17,411 nt of DNA from a virus. How positions within the stretch are numbered: the first letter of the stretch is position 1; every line of letters starts with the position of its first letter. Shown in pieces: positions 1 through 7,950 of this stretch. Where the stretch lies: positions 1 through 17,411 of the IMG/VR virus record IMGVR_UViG_3300037126_000158. One strand, 5' to 3'. Below the pieces are notes generated by a model. It made no database searches, had not been told where the DNA came from, and saw nothing but the letters and a program-made list of their open reading frames with translations. The position numbers were made by a program, and so were the translations under genes.

Positions 1-1467
1 GAGCAGGAGGTTGATGTCAACGCCGTGCTGGACGGCATCGAGGGCATCGACGGTGGCCCGTCGGAGGGTGGCTTCAGCTGGCACACCCTCGAGGTCTGCA
101 TGAAGTGCTGGCGGAGGGCCTACTACGCCTTCATCATGGGGCTCGTCCCCAAGATTCAGTCCAAGGCCCTGCAGTACGGCTCCCTCTACCATGCCTTTTG
201 GGAGCTCTGGTATCGGTATGGTGGCTCACGACCCTACGACGAGGTGTTCGACGCCGTCCGCCGGGCCGGGGCGCCAGAGCTCGCCGGCCACTGCCAGCGG
301 CTCGTCTACCAGGAGCTGCAGCTGTTCGCCCAGCAGGAGGCCCAGGAGTGGGACATCAGGGCCGTCGAGAACAACGCCGTGTTCTTCGCCGAGCCGCAGC
401 GCATCGGAGGCAAGACGGTGCATCTGCCCTTCTCCTGCCGCCACGACGCGCTGATCGCCAAGAAGCAGCCCGGGCAGGCCAACGCGCCGCTGGGCCCCGT
501 GGCCACAGGCGTCCACATCGTCGACCGCAAGACGACCTCGGCGCTGACCTACGATCTGACCAAGGGCTACGCGATGGACGGCCAGTTCCTGATGAACGCC
601 CTGGTCTACAAGCGCTCCGGGGAGGAGCAGGAGTTCGGCCCGCTGGTCGGAATGATCTTCAGCGTGGCGGCCAAGCACAAGGACCCGTCGGCACGCTCGT
701 TCCACCGGGTCGAGACCATCACCGAGGACACGGTGCTGGAGCGGTTCCTGCAGGACGAGCTGATCCCCTACGGCACCGAGTTCTGGCGTCGGCTCGCCTC
801 GGAGGAGCACCGCAAGGACATCCGGCTGTGGCACAAGAACCACTCGCAGTGCGTCGGCCGCTACGGCTGCTGCGAATACTTCGACCTGTGCGACGTCGGC
901 GGCGAGAACCTCGTTGACGTGGCCTTCAAGGTCGACCCGCGACGGGTCTTCACCATCGACAAGCTGGCCGAGCCCTCGACGGACACGAAGCGCGCAGCCA
1001 AGATGGCCGACCCCAAGAAGGCCGCGTCCGAGGTGAAGCGCCAGCAGCGCACCGCGTACCGCAAGAAGCTCGCCGAGCTGGTGATGGCGACCTTCTGCGA
1101 CGTGGCGTCCTCGATGGAGATCTTCGCGTCCGACAAGTACCTGGTGCCGGGCCACACCGAGAAGTCGGTCAAGGAGAAACTGGCCGACACCCTGCGGGCG
1201 AGCTGGGAGCAGGGCATGGTCTTCCCGTTCGGGCCGGACGGCGAGGGCAACATGTACGAGATGGAGGTCAAGGAGAAGGGCATCGCCTGGAAGCACGAGC
1301 TGCCCTTCACCCCGGAGGAGCAGGCGAAGAACGCGGAGCTCGTTGCCAAGGGCAAGAAGGCAAAGGCGCCGCAGACGTTCAAGGGCACGATGAACTTCAA
1401 CACCATCGCGGCAGCCATCTGCAAGGACTGGTGGGACATGTCGCAGCACCCACCGCAGGGCAAGTAG
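1..1467 (+). CDS. Cas4/RecB-family PD-(D/E)XK exonuclease (5'-partial; frame is open and GC3-rich from base 1; first in-window start is GTG 25). Has an N-terminal C-x2-C, RecB motif III-like 'IVDRKTT', a Q-x3-Y motif 'GQFLMNALVY' and a C-terminal 'C-x5-CC-x5-C' cluster (4Fe-4S-like). Followed by a ~170-aa Lys-rich C-terminal extension of unknown function.
   Basis: Motifs read directly from the translation (EVCMKCW...VHIVDRKTT...GQFLMNALVY...CVGRYGCCEYFDLC). GC3 is high from position 1. Stop TAG at 1465-1467. Confidence 0.6.
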   Translation, partial: EQEVDVNAVLDGIEGIDGGPSEGGFSWHTLEVCMKCWRRAYYAFIMGLVPKIQSKALQYGSLYHAFWELWYRYGGSRPYDEVFDAVRRAGAPELAGHCQRLVYQELQLFAQQEAQEWDIRAVENNAVFFAEPQRIGGKTVHLPFSCRHDALIAKKQPGQANAPLGPVATGVHIVDRKTTSALTYDLTKGYAMDGQFLMNALVYKRSGEEQEFGPLVGMIFSVAAKHKDPSARSFHRVETITEDTVLERFLQDELIPYGTEFWRRLASEEHRKDIRLWHKNHSQCVGRYGCCEYFDLCDVGGENLVDVAFKVDPRRVFTIDKLAEPSTDTKRAAKMADPKKAASEVKRQQRTAYRKKLAELVMATFCDVASSMEIFASDKYLVPGHTEKSVKEKLADTLRASWEQGMVFPFGPDGEGNMYEMEVKEKGIAWKHELPFTPEEQAKNAELVAKGKKAKAPQTFKGTMNFNTIAAAICKDWWDMSQHPPQGK

Positions 1468-1480
1468 GAGAGAGACCCGC

Positions 1481-3838
1481 ATGAATGCCCCCGCACCCAG
1501 CCCGTACAGCCCGGAGCTGCAAGCTCTGCTGAACAGGCTCAATCCCTATCAGGTCGAGGCCGTCAACGTCGGCGAGGGCCAGGCTTGCCTCGCCGGGGTT
1601 CCCGGCGCAGGCAAGACCGGCACCATCGTGGCGCGTGTCGCCAGGATGGTCGCCGACGGCCTCGACCCCGAGTACATCCTCTGCATGACGTTCACCCGAG
1701 CGGCGGCGCAAGAGATGAACGAGAGGCTCAAGCAGCTCGGCATCGTCGGTGCGCGGGTGGGCACCATCCACTCCGTGTGCCGGCAGATCATCGCCGCCGA
1801 CACGCATCTGCTCGAGGAGTTCGACCTCGACGAGAAGAACAGGCTGCCGATGGAGCTGAAGAAGACCCTCGGCGACCTGAGGAAGAAAAAGAAGATCCCC
1901 AACGCCGGGGTGGACCTCGAGGGCGTGTCCCGGTACGTCGAGGCCTGCAAAGCCAAGGGCCTCTGCTACATCTACTCCGACCCCTTTGGCCTGAACATGC
2001 GGGCCGAGGAGTTCTTGCTGCGCCAGGCCGAGAAGTGGACCATGCTGGCCGGGCTGCCTCGCCAGATCCTGATGGACGTCTACATCGAGCTGGAGCGGCG
2101 CCGAGGCATCGCCGGGCTCTACGACTTCAACGACATGCTGCTCTGGTCCTGGATGGTCCTGCTCACCGACGAGGATGCCCGGGAGCGGTGGCGAGGTCGC
2201 TGGTCCGTGGTCATCGTCGACGAGGCGCAGGATTCCAACCCCGTGCAGTGGGACATCGCCCGGTTCCTCGTTGGTCTGAACTCCTGCATGAAGGAGGTCG
2301 ACGAGCTGCCCATGGCGCCGCGGGTGCGGGACTGCGCGCACAACCTGATGGTCGGCGGGGATCCCTCGCAGTCCATCTACGCCTGGCGCTCGGCCGAGCC
2401 CTCGCTGTTCGTCGAGTTCGCCAAGAACAAGAACGTGGATGAGCTGACCTTGCCCATCAACTACCGCTCCAACCCGATGATCTGCGCCATTGGCACCGGG
2501 CTGGTGCAGGGCAAGCCGTGGCACATCACCGGGGAGATCAAGGCAGCCTCGGAGGACATGACGACCGACGCCGTGGCCATCGACCGCTACGACGACGCCG
2601 CCTCCGAGGCCGAGGGCGTCATCCAGCAATGCGTCGAGATCGCCGAGAGCGGCGAGGGGCTCAGGTCCTGCGCGGTGCTCTCGCGGCTTCGGGTGGCGCT
2701 GGACCTGGCGGAGATCGCCTGCATCTCCCGGCGCATCAAGTACGTCAAGATGGCCAGCGGCTCGTTCTTCGAGTCGCGAGAGGTGCGGGACATCCTCGCC
2801 TACCTACGCGTGGCCTCGGGCTACGACCCCGACGGGCGCTGGGTCGCCCACATCATCAACCGTCCGTTCCGCTACATCGGCAAGGGCTTCATCAACAAGT
2901 GCTCGGCCGACGCGATGAACCGGGACATCTCGCTGCTCGACGCGATGATCGCCAACGAGGATGACCTGAGCTACAGACAGCGCGGCTCCATCGAGGACCT
3001 CTACAAGCTGCTGCAGCGTCTGAATCAGATCGCGGCCTGGGCCGAGCAGCGCGAGGCCTACCACCGCGAGAAGCTGGAGAAGGCCAAGCAGGCGGGCGAC
3101 CCGCTCGAGGAGTTGCTCAAGCTGAGGGACGAGGTGCCCACCGAGCTGCTGGACACCCTGGCCGACGCCCGGGGCGACATCGAAGGCATCGGCATGGGCG
3201 GGATGGGGGCACGGCGCCGGGCACGGCGAGCCCGGGAGGAAGCCAACCCGGAGGACGTGGCCGAGGAGTTGAACAGCGCCGGGCCGGCGGAGATGATCGC
3301 CCTGGTCCTGCGGGAGACCGACTACCTGGAGGAGCTACGCCGGGAGGAGGGCCTGCTGGGCATGGACGAATCCAAGGCGGCGATGTTGGCGGCGCTGCAG
3401 CGCATGGCTCGGTCCTTCAAGACCACGAAGGAGTTCCTGGCCTACGTGGACAAGCTGACGGTGGCGGTCAAGCAGGCACGCAAGACTGGCCTGAAGGTGC
3501 GAGAGGGCTCGAACACGGACGCCCTGGTGCTCTCCACCATCCACCGGGCCAAGGGCCTGGAGTGGAAGCACGTGTTCCTGATGGACGTGGTGCAGGGCCG
3601 ACTGCCCAACGCCCGGGCCGAGGACCCGGATGAGGAGCTGCGCCTGTTCTACGTGGCGATCACCAGGGCCATCAAAACCTGTAGGGTGTCTTACACAATG
3701 CCGCCCGAGCCAGAAGACCAGGAAGAGGGGGCAAGCGCCCCCCGCCGCCGGACGGAACAGGTGGGCAAGTCGTCTTATATAACTCGGCTGGAGCAAGAAA
3801 TAGACAAGTTCGCAAGGGGTGTAAGCGAGACCAGATAA
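1481..3838 (+). CDS. UvrD/PcrA-like superfamily-1 DNA helicase
   Basis: SD 'TAGGAGAGAGA' 6 nt upstream of ATG 1481. Walker A 'GVPGAGKTGT', motif II 'VVIVDEAQDSNP', motif IV 'INYRSNPMI', motif V 'LSTIHRAKGLEWKHVFL', motif VI 'LFYVAITRA'. The last ~55 codons show an abrupt drop in GC3 (AGA, ATA, TAT, TCT codons). Confidence 0.85.
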   Translation: MNAPAPSPYSPELQALLNRLNPYQVEAVNVGEGQACLAGVPGAGKTGTIVARVARMVADGLDPEYILCMTFTRAAAQEMNERLKQLGIVGARVGTIHSVCRQIIAADTHLLEEFDLDEKNRLPMELKKTLGDLRKKKKIPNAGVDLEGVSRYVEACKAKGLCYIYSDPFGLNMRAEEFLLRQAEKWTMLAGLPRQILMDVYIELERRRGIAGLYDFNDMLLWSWMVLLTDEDARERWRGRWSVVIVDEAQDSNPVQWDIARFLVGLNSCMKEVDELPMAPRVRDCAHNLMVGGDPSQSIYAWRSAEPSLFVEFAKNKNVDELTLPINYRSNPMICAIGTGLVQGKPWHITGEIKAASEDMTTDAVAIDRYDDAASEAEGVIQQCVEIAESGEGLRSCAVLSRLRVALDLAEIACISRRIKYVKMASGSFFESREVRDILAYLRVASGYDPDGRWVAHIINRPFRYIGKGFINKCSADAMNRDISLLDAMIANEDDLSYRQRGSIEDLYKLLQRLNQIAAWAEQREAYHREKLEKAKQAGDPLEELLKLRDEVPTELLDTLADARGDIEGIGMGGMGARRRARRAREEANPEDVAEELNSAGPAEMIALVLRETDYLEELRREEGLLGMDESKAAMLAALQRMARSFKTTKEFLAYVDKLTVAVKQARKTGLKVREGSNTDALVLSTIHRAKGLEWKHVFLMDVVQGRLPNARAEDPDEELRLFYVAITRAIKTCRVSYTMPPEPEDQEEGASAPRRRTEQVGKSSYITRLEQEIDKFARGVSETR

Positions 3839-3978
3839 TCATGTACTTTTTCGTTGGAAGCAAATCTCCAGGGCCTCGCTTGCGGAGACTCGTAACAAGT
3901 GAGCGGAATCATGACTGATCCTGCAAGAAAAATCGTTACGCATCGGGCAATTCCTCTCTCTATGGATAAAGGAAAGAC

Positions 3979-4447
3979 CATGGGCGTAAGAGAACAGCCA
4001 ACGGTGGGCCTCGGTCCACCCAAGGTCACCATCGGCTCAGCGATCCGCGGCTGGGCCGCCCTGGTGCTGGCCGTGACCAGCAAGACCCGGGTCTCTCACA
4101 TCGACCTGCTGCGCCACGAGGGCCGGTCGAGCAAAGAGCTGGCAGACGCCCGGCGCCTGCTGGTCTGGGCCTTCCTGGAGGTGGTAGACGTCGACGACGA
4201 CATGGCCATCGCCTGGGTCGAGCAGTGCGTGGCCCTGGGCCGGCGCAGCATCATGGACGGCCTGAAGGGCGACCCGCCGGAGGAGCTGGAGGAGGTCGTG
4301 GTGACCTACAACCGGCTCATGCGGGAGATGGGAGACGAGGACGTTCGAGAGGCCGTGGCAGCCGGCCTGCTGGGCGAGCGCAAGCCACGAGCCCGGGTGT
4401 GGCCGCGGGGCTTCCTGCGGCGCCTGGGGCTCACTGAGCAGGAATGA
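3979..4447 (+). CDS. Hypothetical protein (156 aa from ATG 3979; alternative upstream starts GTG 3899 / ATG 3911 lie in low-GC3 sequence and are less likely)
   Basis: High GC3 begins about 3990. 'AAAGGAAAG' SD-like purine run just upstream of ATG 3979. No recognisable motif. The 3' end overlaps the convergent minus-strand ORF by 17 nt. Confidence 0.45.
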
Positions 4448-4733
4448 GCGTCAGGGCGGGGCCCTTCGCCAGGTCCCTCGCCCGCACCCACTGCGGCTGG
4501 TCCAGCTGGGCCATGAAGAGCTCCAGCAACGCCCGGGCCAGTGGGATTCCCGGGGCGGCCTCCACCGACAGGCAGGCCTCGAAATCATCTGGCAGCTGAT
4601 GTTTGGAACGGAGCGCGTTGATGCGCTCAGTGCAGAACCTGTGGAAGGATGGGTCCCGACGTGCCTCCAACAGGGCGTACTCGACTTGAGTCTGATGTGT
4701 CAGCATTTGGTTCAGGTAGCTCGGGCACCACAA
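4431..4733 (-). CDS. ORF in the coding frame (GC3 about 85-90%) downstream of the RepA-like gene. Most likely the C-terminal continuation of that gene through a +1 frameshift at an A4 run (4774-4777); alternatively a separate small gene starting at TTG 4733 or ATG 4706.
   Basis: Minus-strand frame with codon tops at 4775, 4772, ... is open from 4775 to the TGA at 4431-4433 with about 90% GC3, but has no ATG/GTG/TTG start before 4733. The annotated RepA frame has only about 47% GC3 across the same bases. Confidence 0.4.
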   Translation of the reverse strand: MWCPSYLNQMLTHQTQVEYALLEARRDPSFHRFCTERINALRSKHQLPDDFEACLSVEAAPGIPLARALLELFMAQLDQPQWVRARDLAKGPALTLIPAQ

Positions 4734-5874
4734 CGTGCTCTTGCAGCTCCTCCTCGAGAATTGCTTCCTCCTCTTTTACCATGTATTCCGCGAGGTCGAC
4801 AAGGCTGATCTTCTTCAAGGCCTGCCACGCCGGGACCATGCGTGTGCGGGAGCCGTCGGGACCGAAGGGCTTCGGCAGCTCTGCATTCTTGTCGGCCAAG
4901 CCTTCTTCCTCCAAGGCCATCAGGGCCTGCAGTATCTTCTCGGGGCGAACGCCGAGAGTCGCAGCGACGTCCTGGTTGGTCATCGGGACCGTCGCGTCGC
5001 GCAGCACCTTGTAGCAGGCATGCTTCCAGTATTCGAGCACGACGCCGGAGTGGTCCTTGTCGTTATAGAAAGCAAAGGTGACCTGCTTCAGCTCGTCGTC
5101 GTTGCGTGGGACAGCCGAGAACACATGCCCCTTCTTCCCGTTGCGCTGCTTGAGACTCTCGACGGTGACGATCTCCGTCTCGCCGGAGGGGAGCCCGAGC
5201 TTCTTCTTCCAGGTCTTGACGTGGAGCACAGCGTCGGCCCAGCCGTACCAAGCCGAAGAGCCGCGGGGCGTGGGGTCCTTGCCCTTCGTCTCGTGGTGAA
5301 TGATGATGAACGAGGTCTGGTACTCGTCGACCATCCGGTCTACTGCCCGACGGAGAGCCTTGGTCTCCTTCGACGAGTTCTCGTCGCCGCTGAAGAACGA
5401 GTCGAGGGGGTCGAGCACGACCACGATGGGCTCGATGGTCTTGATGACTTGCTCAAGCTCCTCGGTGTCGAGGGCATCGTCGAGGCAGAAGGGCTGCTGG
5501 CAGAAGTAGAGGGGAAGCTCAGCCGGGTTGACCGCATGGGCTCTGGCGTGAGCGAGGAGCCGGTCCTTGTTGTCGAAGATGGACCCCTCCGTGGAGTTGA
5601 GCAGGACCGGCCCGAACTTGTTGACCGTAAACTGCCGCAAAAGCATGCGTTCGGCGCTCAGGGCCACACAGAGGTCGAAGATTATGGTTGACTTGTACGT
5701 GCCCCCCTGGCCAAATACTAAGGTTCGGCCCGCTCGGGGGATCATGTTTTCAACGATCCAGCGGTCCGGGTCGTCCTTGAGCGCCAGCAAATCCTTAACG
5801 GTGTAAATCTGGTGGGACCTGCGGGCCAAGTTGCCTCCTGTCTCTACCGTAGAAGTTGCTGTGCGGTGCGTCAA
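4627..5874 (-). CDS. RepA-like replicative ATPase/helicase (AAA_25, RecA fold) with C-terminal winged-helix DNA-binding region and acidic linker; probable frameshift near its 3' end
   Basis: Walker A 'GQGGTYKST', Walker B 'IVVVLDPLDSF', 'FIIIHHETKG' (RepA/DnaB-like sensor region), then an HTH-like segment 'MTNQDVAATLGVRPEKILQALMALEEEGL'. TTG start at 5874; an alternative TTG at about 5826 is preceded by 'AGGAGG'. Codon usage is less GC3-biased than in neighbouring genes. Confidence 0.7.
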   Translation of the reverse strand: MTHRTATSTVETGGNLARRSHQIYTVKDLLALKDDPDRWIVENMIPRAGRTLVFGQGGTYKSTIIFDLCVALSAERMLLRQFTVNKFGPVLLNSTEGSIFDNKDRLLAHARAHAVNPAELPLYFCQQPFCLDDALDTEELEQVIKTIEPIVVVLDPLDSFFSGDENSSKETKALRRAVDRMVDEYQTSFIIIHHETKGKDPTPRGSSAWYGWADAVLHVKTWKKKLGLPSGETEIVTVESLKQRNGKKGHVFSAVPRNDDELKQVTFAFYNDKDHSGVVLEYWKHACYKVLRDATVPMTNQDVAATLGVRPEKILQALMALEEEGLADKNAELPKPFGPDGSRTRMVPAWQALKKISLVDLAEYMVKEEEAILEEELQEHVVVPELPEPNADTSDSSRVRPVGGTSGPILPQVLH

Positions 5875-6048
5875 GGAATCACCGGATCCGTTGGGCTCCG
5901 GCGATGGTTGACCCTTCTACCACGGCGAAGATCTTCGGCGCAACAATTTTGTGAGATTCTTGTGAGGTCTCAGGGATTTCTGAGAGATCTTGCTCCCTTG
6001 TGAAATAGTTATTGACAAGGGAGATCCAACTGAGGTATTGGTGCTGTT
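5875..6048. promoter_or_regulatory. Divergent intergenic control region with direct repeats and palindromes (candidate promoters/operators or iterons for the RepA-like protein)
   Basis: Lower GC. Perfect palindrome GAAGATCTTC at 5928-5937. AGATCT again at 5985-5990. TTGTGAG at 5949-5955 and 5960-5966 (11-bp spacing) and TTGTGAA at 5998-6004. Inverted repeat TCTCAG(5968-5973)/CTGAGA(5980-5985). Imperfect palindrome CCCTTGTGAAATAGTTATTGACAAGGG at 5995-6021, containing TTGACA at 6012-6017. Confidence 0.4.
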
Positions 6049-7874
6049 CGATGCACTCGGTCACCCTCCAAGATCCGCTGGAGGGCTGCGTTCTATCGTG
6101 GCCCACAAGATGGCCAGGACTCTGCAAGCTGGAGGCCTGCCCACCCGAGCGGTTTGACAGCCTGCGCCGGATCCCTGGGGTCCGGCCCATGGAGAACAAG
6201 AAGAAGCCAGAGGAGACAGGTTGGTACGTGCCGCAGTCGCTCCTCGACATGGGCCTGTTGCCAGCCAACCTTGAGGACTACGATCCCGAGCCGAACGACA
6301 GGACACCGTCGGGCTTGAAGCTCCGTCGGTATCAGGCTCGCACGGTGACCTTCCTTCGTCAGACGACCACGATGCGTGAGGGTAATCTGCTGTGGGCGGA
6401 CCCCGGCCTCGGCAAGACTGTCTCCTCGCTGCAAGCCAACTGGCTCGACGGCTACCTGCAGCGCCCCGGGCTCATCGTCGGACCGAACATCGCCAAGGGC
6501 GTTTGGTGCGACGACGATTCCGACGCCAAGGTGCACTACAACCTGACGGTGTTGTCCCTGGAGGGGATGAAGAACATTGACCCGGGGTTCCTCGAGCACC
6601 ACAACTGCTTCTTCTGCCACTACGAGATCCTGCAGGCGTGGCAGCCGTGGATATTCGCCACGCTCAAGCCTGCCTGGATGATTCTCGACGAGAGCCACTT
6701 CCTGATCCACCAGAAAGCCCAGCGCTCCAAGGCAGCACGGCAGCTCGCCCTGTGCAACACCATCGAGCGACGCTTCTGCCTCACGGGCACAGCCATCCCC
6801 AACGAGAGGCTGGACCTGTGGAACCAGGTGGCGACCTGCCAGCCCCGACAGTGGGGCCCCTCGCACCACGACTTCGGCGTTCGCTACTGCGGCGGCCAGC
6901 GCATGGCCCCCGAGGATGGCGGCCACTGGACCTATGAGGGTGAGAGCAACACCGACGAGCTTCGCGCCAGGCTGGCCGGCACGGTGCTGCGCTACACGAC
7001 CGAGGAAGTCGGCGACGAGCTGCCTCCGATGGAGCGCCACGTCATCGAGGCTGAGGGCATCGAGGAGCACCTGCTCGACGACTACTCGCTGGCTCAGCGC
7101 GACACCATCGGCTACCTCAAGCTCAAAGGCAAGATTCCCGACGAGGCGGCCACGATCACGCTCGGCAACACGACCATCAAGCTGTCGAAGAATGACCGCA
7201 AGCCGGGCGCCGCGCGACTGGTCTGCCTGACGACGCTGATCGGCATCCTGTCGGAGATGAAGCAGGCCGCCGCGATCAAGGCTGTCATCTCCATCCTCGG
7301 CCAACACAACCGACTCGTCGTGTTCACCTGGCGACGGAAGACGGCAGAGTATATATACGACAAGATCGCCGGCATGGTTGCCTCCGGGGTGAAGATCTCC
7401 GGCAAGAGCCCGATGGTCTACGGGCCGGTCCACGGCGAGATGGACATGAAGGAGCGCAAGGCGCTCGCCAAGGAGTTCGCCAAGGACGAGTGCAGCATCT
7501 ACATCGCCACGATGGGCTCGGCCGGCACCTCCATCAACACCCTGTCGGCAGCCTCGGCCTGCTTGCTGGTGGACCTGCACTGGAACACCTCACAGCTGCG
7601 CCAGGCCGAGAAGCGGGTGCACCGCGATGGCTGCACCGCGGAGAAGGTCGACATCTACTACCTGGTGGTCAGGCAGACGGTGGACGATCTCTTCATCGAG
7701 AAGCTGGAGCAGAAGGCCAGGGAGGCGATGAAGATTGCCCCACGGGACGAGAGTGACCTGTCGCTGGTCCGCGACTTGACACCTGAGAAGGCCTCGGGCG
7801 AGTTCGATTTCGAGCTGCTGTGTGCGAGGCTGATGGACTACGACGCAGAATGGGAAGAAGGAGTTATGGCATGA
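6012..7874 (+). CDS. SNF2/DEAH-box superfamily-2 helicase (start uncertain: TTG 6012, ATG 6049 or ATG 6189)
   Basis: Q-motif region 'LRRYQARTV', Walker A 'DPGLGKT', motif II 'ILDESHFL', motif III 'LTGTAIPN', and a C-terminal helicase domain with 'QLRQAEKRVHRDG' (motif VI-like). GC3 about 75% before 6189 and about 90% after. Confidence 0.8.
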   Translation: MTREIQLRYWCCSMHSVTLQDPLEGCVLSWPTRWPGLCKLEACPPERFDSLRRIPGVRPMENKKKPEETGWYVPQSLLDMGLLPANLEDYDPEPNDRTPSGLKLRRYQARTVTFLRQTTTMREGNLLWADPGLGKTVSSLQANWLDGYLQRPGLIVGPNIAKGVWCDDDSDAKVHYNLTVLSLEGMKNIDPGFLEHHNCFFCHYEILQAWQPWIFATLKPAWMILDESHFLIHQKAQRSKAARQLALCNTIERRFCLTGTAIPNERLDLWNQVATCQPRQWGPSHHDFGVRYCGGQRMAPEDGGHWTYEGESNTDELRARLAGTVLRYTTEEVGDELPPMERHVIEAEGIEEHLLDDYSLAQRDTIGYLKLKGKIPDEAATITLGNTTIKLSKNDRKPGAARLVCLTTLIGILSEMKQAAAIKAVISILGQHNRLVVFTWRRKTAEYIYDKIAGMVASGVKISGKSPMVYGPVHGEMDMKERKALAKEFAKDECSIYIATMGSAGTSINTLSAASACLLVDLHWNTSQLRQAEKRVHRDGCTAEKVDIYYLVVRQTVDDLFIEKLEQKAREAMKIAPRDESDLSLVRDLTPEKASGEFDFELLCARLMDYDAEWEEGVMA

Positions 7875-7950
7875 ACCGGAGGAGCGCACGCGACCCACCT
7901 GGAGCAGAACAGAAACCCATCGACCACCAACGTGAGGAGAGGAGTAGGCC

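Noticed and set aside
25-1467. Cas4-like nuclease as a sign of a CRISPR-Cas locus
   Set aside because: No repeat-spacer array and no other cas genes anywhere in the window. Cas4/RecB-fold exonucleases are common stand-alone phage recombination genes.
226-1542. Long antisense ORFs opposite real genes (226..1542 -, 1397..2629 -, 6093..7580 -, 11182..12456 -, 12712..14511 -, 15057..16004 -, 4735..5691 +, 105..917 +, etc.)
   Set aside because: Typical shadow ORFs of high-GC DNA. They have Arg/Ala/Gly/Pro-rich, low-complexity translations and wrong-position GC bias, and each is fully contained within a gene with clear catalytic motifs on the other strand or frame.
3854-3900. Candidate promoter hexamers (TTGGAA, TTGCGG, TAACAA) in the 3839-3978 AT-rich spacer
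   Set aside because: No pair has convincing consensus and spacing; reported only as an AT-rich junction/possible regulatory gap, not as a promoter call.
6012-6040. TTGACA-17-GTATTG as a definite sigma70 promoter
   Set aside because: The -35 is consensus, but no acceptable -10 (TAnnnT) lies at the right spacing, and TTGACA overlaps a possible TTG start codon. Kept only as part of the regulatory-region hypothesis.
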